From Salisapilia sapeloensis CBS 127946 (Eukaryota; Protista; Oomycota): a stretch of DNA of 64,000 bases. The position numbers and the translations under genes are program-made. Position 1 is the first letter of the stretch. Each line of letters begins with the position of its first letter. Below the pieces are notes generated by a model. It was not told the DNA's origin. It saw only the letters and a list, made by a program, of their open reading frames with translations, and did no database searches. The stretch is from NCBI GenBank assembly GCA_023334545.1, contig JAADVB010000076.1, forward strand, positions 1-64,000. The letters run 5' to 3'. Below are positions 57,194 through 64,000 of this stretch, piece after piece.

Positions 57194-60100
57194 ATGAATC
57201 GACGCATGATGTGGAAGAACGACACGTCGTCGCCACCTGAGATAGGTGCGTCGGCGGCTTTTAGGATGCCGACACAAGCGAATAAACATGTGAGACCACG
57301 CTCGGCAGCAGCAAAAAAGAATCCGACGCGCACAACTGAACTTCATAGCAGCTCCCATACGTATGAATCGCCCCGTGGAAACAGTCGGGAGAACGAGACG
57401 GACCAGAGACTGCTTGAAATGCTGACTTCCACCATCTCGTGTCTCAAGCACAAGAAGATGGATATGGAGGCTCTTGGATGCTTGGAGCAGAGTCTTTGGC
57501 TAAAGCGACGAATGTTTGGAGTAGAAAGCTCAGCTGTGCGTCAAGCGTTGAAAACAGTGGTTTTGAGCTACAATTCTACTGCGATGAATTTCCTTTCTAA
57601 AGGAGACTTTGATCAATGCCTTGTCATGCTGCGTAAAGCAGAGTCAATCACAGCTCCAGGCAACTTTGTTCACTGTGAGTCTCTGCAAATCCTTACCTTT
57701 AATAACATCGGATGCTGCTACCGAAAGCTCGGGCGTTTACGATCCGCCCTCAAGTATCTTAAAGAGGCTGCTCGGATAGGCTCGATATGTACAAACGTGA
57801 ACAACCTATCCGTCACACATTTAAATTTGTGTGCCATCCACTCTCAGATAGGTCGACACGATCTAGCGTTAGAGCATGCGCAAGCTGCCATCTTCCATAC
57901 TCAGCAAGAGATGGTCAACCTGGACACTTGCCAAACTCCTCGTGCAGGAGAAGTAGCAGGAGATGGGAGCGATGATGCACAACGACTAAATGATGATGTC
58001 TTAACCAGTCAATCTAAAGAAGAAAAAGTCATTGCACTAGCCGTGGCTTATCATAATTTGGCAGTGGAGCTAGAGTTTAACCAGCGAGGTCATGCTAGTC
58101 TGCAATGGTACAAGAAAGCCCTGCAACTCGTTTGGAAATACCGAGAATCAAATCGCTCTCTATATGACTCTTTCAAAAAGATATTTCAAGATGCAAAGAA
58201 GAAACATGACCCTGACATGAAGACAAAGTCGACATCAACAAAAGGACTTCGACCAAAGTCAGCACACAGCCAAAGTCATAGTTCTGTTACGGAGCAGCGT
58301 GGGGATCGTGGTGATGACAAGTACTCCTTATATCCGCATAGTCAAGGGCAAGCTTTGCCAGTCTCCCATTCTGGATGCAGAAATGCTGGATTTCCTGCCA
58401 GAACGCGGCAGCGTCCTGTATCAGCTAGACCACAAGCTCATCAAGACGCACCAGTACCTTCGCGAGTAGAAAGTAATCCACGCATACGTCCTAGAACAGC
58501 TAGGATACCATCGTATCATGAGCAGAAAGAGACTTTGAATAATGTTACTAGGCGCCCAAAGAGTGCACACCTTTCATCAGCTAAAAGTCGATACAAATCG
58601 AAAACACCTTCACCAGTTAAGGTTGCCCCGAAAGTACGAGATGAACTTGATGACGCAATTGAAGCTGCACTCGTGGGCACATACGAGAACAAACTTGAGA
58701 GGAAGAATTTTCGAGTTTCTGAGCTTTTAAGCACCTCACCAATACATGAGGAGCAAAAGAGAAAACCACATTTGCCAGACCGCTATCTAGTACCAGAAAC
58801 GACCCTAAAAGCTCAGGAGCCTATTGTAGAGACTGAAAAGCCGGAACAGCCTTCAGTACCGGGCGAGCGAGTGGGTCATGTTGAGTTTTTAAAAAAAATG
58901 AGAGAGTTAGCAGAAACGATTCGCAACGATTTGGCAGCTAGCATTGCTCGCAGTCCTCACTCCAAGAGTGACACATATCTTTCGACGTCCGAATTCAATC
59001 TAGCAGACGAGAACAAAGATGCTTACGCGAGCAAGACGTCCACACCAAGAAGCAGCAAGATCCGAGATCGAATTGATGAAGCTCGGGAAGCATCACTTGC
59101 TACACCTTTGGATGCAGAATCATCGTGTGGTAAAAATCCATCATCTTTCCTCATCGACGATTCCAATCAAGACGATGGAAGCAAGACTTGCGTAGACAAA
59201 AAAAGTATAAATGATGAAGAAATGGTTTACATACATGATCCATTGGAAACTACACAAGACATGCATAATATCATAGAACAACATATTGAAGATATTGACA
59301 ACCAAGACTTATCGGAGGCTGCACAGGATAGCCTTGACAACTCGGAGCAGAATGCTAAAGAAATAATAGATACTGCTGAGTCATTTGGGATAGTACCGAA
59401 TGAACTTGCTATCTTGGAACATGATGTCGAAGATCAAATTGATATTGTTGAGCAATCAGAGACACTGCCAAATGAAAATGAAAGCTTGGATGAGAGTAGT
59501 GAGATCACCATCAGTATGCATAGTGCAGCTACAAAAATCCAGTCCGTCGTACGTGGCTTTCTTGTGCGGTGCCGAGAACTGGTAACTCTGTGCTTTTTGT
59601 ACAGCACATTGTGATATTTTACTGACATTATGGTTTTGTAGCAACGAAAGCAGAGGCGAGACAGATCAGCTGTGATCATACAAGCTCAAGCGAGAAAGCG
59701 TTTTGCTCAAAGAGAATTTGAGTTTGAGATGCAACGTAAAATGGAGCTGCTTGATCTACAAAGATCAGAAGTTGAGGATATGGCGGTAAGAATAGTGCAA
59801 CAATGTTGGCACACTTATAAATCTCGACTGCAAGCAAATGCAAAAGCAGACAAGTTGTACACTGCGGATGAATCTTCCTATTCAGAGGATTTTGATGAGA
59901 CCGAGCAGCATGACGCTTTGACGGATCTCCCACACTTAGACGTGCATGTTGCAGCTGCCAAAGTGCAAGCAACGATGAAGGGATTTACGGCTAGACACCG
60001 AGCTAGCGTATACCATGCCAAGCACATTAGCCGCATGTATCTCGAGCGGCAACATTTGAATGTCTTGCTTGAACGCTCGGTTTGTTGTCATCTTCTTGTA

Positions 60101-61106
60101 GATTATATCCACAGCTAACCTAGAGTTTGTATGCGCAGGAAACAAACGAACTCTACTTCCTCGAAAACTTGAGTGCCGTGAAAATTCAAGCTGTGGTGCG
60201 TGGACGACAAAGCCGACTCTTGTCGGAGATGGATCAAATCGTGGAAATGACAGCAGCTTCGCGTATACAACAAGCATTTCGAGAGAAGTATTACGTTCAA
60301 AAGGAAATCACTGAGCTCGGCGTGCAGAGCATAGCTGCCCAGCTACTGCAGAACGTCTACCGCAAGTACGTAGAACGTCGTGTCAAGCGAGAAGAAGAGG
60401 CGTTGATGAATGAAGTGCTCGAGGTCGAAAAGGTAGCAGCTATATGTATTCAGCGATTCTGGCGGCACTATTTTGCCGCCCGCGACCATGAACTGGAGCT
60501 TATTGAAGCTGCTACTTGTATACAAGCGTTAGGGAGAGGCCATATAGTACGAAAGTCTCGACAATCACTCCATAACTCAGCTTCTACTCTCAGCAGCAAG
60601 GTATGGCATGGCTTTAATAATGATGGCAACAGTATTGATTAGTGCTGGATGCCTGTGTATAGAGCTCTGCGTTTTTAAACTCTCCGTCCAAAGCTGATTG
60701 GTATGGAGATGGAACAAGCCCGAGTCAATGTAGAGATATTCCGTCCAGCATGGGAACGAATATTGCTTTCTTGCCTCCTCTTTCAAGGAAGCTGTACTTA
60801 GAAAGTAAACAAAAGCACGACGAAGGCTTCGAATGTAGTGAATGTTACGAGCTTGACGACGACATAGCAGATCTAATTTTAAGACTTGAAGTCAGTATGG
60901 ATGCTTCTGAAGCAATTGCAGTGGTCGATACGATGCGCGAAGCCCTTCTACATTGCCCAGAAAAGTGGGTTACGCTACCGAATGCTATTCAAATCGCGAC
61001 TGCGATTGAAGTGCAATTGAGGAAGGGTGAATTCTGGAAAGCTGAGTTTGAAGAAAAATGTGGCAAGCTACTCCACGAGTTTGACCAGGTCCTACAGCAT
61101 AATTAG
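57194..61106 (+). CDS. Large TPR-repeat plus multiple IQ-motif protein (about 4 exons; boundaries approximate)
   Basis: TPR-like: TFNNIGCCYRKLG, THLNLCAIHSQIGRH..AL, AYHNLAVELE. IQ motifs: AATKIQSVVRG, IIQAQARK, AAAKVQATMKG, AVKIQAVVRG, ASRIQQAFR, AICIQRFWR, ATCIQALGRG. Confidence 0.8.
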
Positions 61107-61888
61107 TAGTGCGTGCTAGAGATACATGTAACGCGAAACTTATTTAGATACGACGAAATGACTTTAGTTTGCCCATGATCAGTAGTAATGACTATGATAG
61201 GTTTCCACTTGTCACGGTAGGTTTAATAGCGTTTGTATTCTATGTGCATTTACTCTTGATTCTGTATCGCTAGAGTAAATACATTTATGATTGTAATTTA
61301 CGTGCTGTAGCTTGTGGCATCTCAGGTATGTCCATAATGGAAGCACTGATAGCAAGATAATTCTATCGTATATCTATTGTCTATGTGATTACCAAGCCTT
61401 CACGGGTGCTTTTATATAAAACCAACGGCACTATCGTCTTATGAGCCCGCGTACTCATATTCTGTCTTGGACTTCGGACGTACGACCGATATTGAGGTTG
61501 TCAAGGAACGATATGTGCTGCTGGCGATCTACACGAGACTCTAGATTCCTACCTACCGGCAGAGCTGTTCACTATCTAACACTAAAGCAATCAAGACTGA
61601 AAGTTTAGAGAGTTCGTAAAATTTCCTTGAATATCCGGCAGCATGTACTAGGTAGTGGTCGAACGCCAGCAACAGAACTGAACAGACAGAGTCATGTTAG
61701 ATTCGCTTCCCAAGAAGACTAAACTGCCTTTAATCATGGACCACTAGTAAGGCTCTACCATATTTCCACCAAGTGCAAATCAGACTCCATGCACACCAGA
61801 TTAATAAAAGTTTTCACGTTATACACATATCATGAATACCAAAGGAACAAATGTATATTGAGTACGTAAAAATCGTTTACAAGTAGGA

Positions 61889-62266
61889 TCAGTCCATCTG
61901 CAGAAAGTCATCGCTTTTAGAACATTCCTGCAGGTTGGTCCGGTTCGATATAACCTCATCATCTTTATGGTGATGCCGAGGATGGCCTCGAAGGTGGTGA
62001 GACCCTTCAGCTGGTGCATCTGCTTGCAGTAGCAAGTAGGCGCTGACAAATCCAAGCACACCCATGATAAGGACAGCTCTTAAGACTTTCCAGTAGCGAT
62101 AGAAGTCTGCTTGGCTGTTCGTAGCTCTCCGTCTAGGCTCCAATAGCGTCGTGGACTCTTCGAATGTGCCGTATGCATCAAGATCAGACGCCGATGGCGC
62201 ACGTGCAGGTCGAGCGTGGCGAGGACTATTGCTTAAACTGGTATGAGGCGAGTTTAGAGGCATCAT
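61889..62266 (-). CDS. Small single-pass membrane protein of unknown function (3' end uncertain)
   Basis: Open frame with a P/S-rich N-terminus, a TM segment (AVLIMGVLGFVSAYLLL) and a His-rich stretch; divergent from TIM22. Confidence 0.5.
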   Translation of the reverse strand: MMPLNSPHTSLSNSPRHARPARAPSASDLDAYGTFEESTTLLEPRRRATNSQADFYRYWKVLRAVLIMGVLGFVSAYLLLQADAPAEGSHHLRGHPRHHHKDDEVISNRTNLQECSKSDDFLQMD

Positions 62267-62703
62267 CTTTGTCGAAAAGAGTCCAAACGTCACGAGGAAC
62301 GATTTTTCCCGTAGGCTGGTAGGCGTATATTTTTGTTTTGTGTCTGCTCAAGCTTGTCGCTACTTACTGACTTTCTCTCTTAAAATAAGGGGTGAATAAG
62401 AGCTGAGTGACACATACGGACATGTATCTTAGGCCACGAAACTCTATCAATTCTCTATTACACCACTTTTGAAATGTACTGAAGCAGTCTTTCATCCATC
62501 TATCTTGGAAGTGTAGCTTACTACAATCATCTTCGATCGCAATGCTGCATGCGCATCGCCAATTTGCTATAATCTCGATTTAAAAAGTGTATTAAATAGC
62601 GTTCTGATTTAATACATGCATTACAGCACTAAAACCACACAATAAAGCACACGAACTCAATTGGTGTGTGCCAAGAGCTCGTTGGCGGTTTCTACCTTGC
62701 ACT

Positions 62704-63506
62704 ATGCAAGTACCGCAGGGTCCACTCAGCCAAAAGGCAAAGCAGAAAGATGTCAACGACCAGATGGGTCTGCATGCGGAGGACTTGAGCGCAGACAGAC
62801 CGCCCAATCCGTTCCTATTCCCACGAAAGTATATTGCTCCACACGAAGATGCGGGCATCTACCCTTTCTTGCCAGCGTATCCGCCTCAGCTACTCCAGGC
62901 AGTCTATCCAAACCCGGTCACCGAGTCATGTGTTGGCAAATTTGTCATGTCGGCAGTCATCGGTGTTTTTTATCATGAACTTGTCATACATTTTACAGTA
63001 TAAACTAATGCTGTTGATAGGATATGGCATGGGCAACTTGTTCGGACTTGTGTTAGGTAGCTACGAAGGTATCACACCACCTGTGCCACTCCCAGGGCAA
63101 CGAGAATTGCCCAAGGTCCCATTTAAGGAATCCGTAAGTCATAAACCAAGATACTTAGGGACGATCGAGGTATAACACACGAGATAGATGCAAGCAGCTT
63201 GGCGAACCACCGGTACAAAGTGCCGCTACTGGGGCAACAACTTCCTCGTTATTTCTGGTAGTGTACCTCATGCGTTTCACTGTCTAATTCGCTGCTAACC
63301 GATACTTTATAGCGTTGTTTTCAGGATTGGAGTGTGCAGTGGAGAAGGGTAGAGGTCGACATGACGTCGGCAACGAGCTCGTGGCCGGATGTGCCACGGG
63401 TGCAGCGCTTGCCTCTGGACAAGGATACCAAGCCCAGTGCCTCGGTTGCGTTGGCTTTGCCGCTTTCTCTTACGCCATTAACTATTTCACAGATGGCAAA
63501 TTTTAG
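62704..63506 (+). CDS. TIM22: Mitochondrial inner-membrane translocase TIM22 (introns 62963..63020, 63134..63187, 63258..63312)
   Basis: ESCVGKFVMSAVI|GYGMGNLFG, NNFLVIS|ALFSGLECAVEK.RGRHD..N..VAGCATGAAL, GC.GFAAFS.AI. Confidence 0.92.
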
Positions 63507-63593
63507 ATTGCTTTCTTTTCGTAATACACTCGGAAAAGAAACGAAAATGTATCTTGTTCACAAACAGTTGGTACTGAAAGGCAACATATATTT

Positions 63594-64000
63594 CTATGTT
63601 GCCAAACTTCCGCCATCCACAAGTAGATTCACACCGTGAATGTACCTCGTCTCGTCACTCGTGAGAAACACGACGGCATTGGCAACGTCCAACGCTTTCC
63701 CACTCTCTCCCGCCGGAGTACGCGTTTGGCTTGCTGCTTGGATGCAATCTTGTTTGGAGGTGGAGTCATCGATCGAACCTGGTGCAACAGCGTTGCAGAC
63801 GATCCTTTGGGAAGCATACTCGGCAGCAATCTGGCGTGTCAGGTGAACGATGGCGCTCTTACTCACACCAAAGGTGAACTGGTTCGGGTGGGCAATCATG
63901 CCGTAGAGTGACGATACGTTCACAATGCGCCCACGAATACCGGTTTGGTCGCTAATGTCCTGTTGCAGGAACTGTTTCAAAGCGAATTTGCATGCAAAGA
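63594..64000 (-). CDS. Short-chain dehydrogenase/reductase, C-terminal part (5' end outside window)
   Basis: GRIVNVSS, SKSAI..LTR..A.EYA, I.CNAVAPG, G...DVANAV.FL.SDE..YI.G..L.VDGG. Confidence 0.88.
   Translation of the reverse strand, partial: FACKFALKQFLQQDISDQTGIRGRIVNVSSLYGMIAHPNQFTFGVSKSAIVHLTRQIAAEYASQRIVCNAVAPGSIDDSTSKQDCIQAASQTRTPAGESGKALDVANAVVFLTSDETRYIHGVNLLVDGGSLAT

Noticed and set aside
9056-63506. Apparent cluster of mitochondrial genes (cytochrome c, MRPS9, cysK, MPC2, SLC25, ALDH7A1, TIM22)
   Set aside because: They are scattered over 54 kb among unrelated genes, as expected by chance in a gene-dense genome.

Overview
Eukaryotic, intron-containing nuclear DNA, almost certainly from an oomycete. 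Support: short GT-AG introns (mostly about 50-70 nt) with GTACGT/GTAAGT donors and CTAAC/CTAAT branch points, Inr- and CCAAT-like promoter motifs, and oomycete-typical families (START-FYVE, 'EGCT' ankyrins, elicitin-like domain). Bases 1-8.5 kb hold non-LTR (L1/Tx1-like) retrotransposon relics: a C-terminal zinc-knuckle fragment, an archaeal-type RNase H and a dead APE endonuclease. About 9-37 kb is a very compact block of housekeeping genes: cytochrome c, PIG-S, PEN-2, SEC13, a glycosyltransferase, SNF7, mitochondrial S9, an OB-fold protein, RPS17, centrin, ORC3, RPB10, cysteine synthase, PEX14, RPF1, CRAL-TRIO/PH, MPC2, NUP35, a Myb and PAT1. About 37-64 kb is sparser: a receptor-like kinase, START-FYVE, an SLC25 carrier, an ankyrin protein, tRNA-Thr(AGT), RCC1-UBR, a CCCH-basic protein, ALDH7A1, TPR-IQ, TIM22 and a partial SDR. 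The three best leads are: (1) a non-RD receptor kinase with an elicitin-like ectodomain on a Ser-Asp repeat stalk, a possible direct sterol/lipid sensor; (2) a PEX14 that, once spliced, carries a p97-binding PUB domain and a PEX7-binding KPWE domain; (3) an unusually long, highly structured RPS17 intron whose branch point lies inside a stem. All family assignments come from motif recognition by eye; no database searches or folding programs were run.
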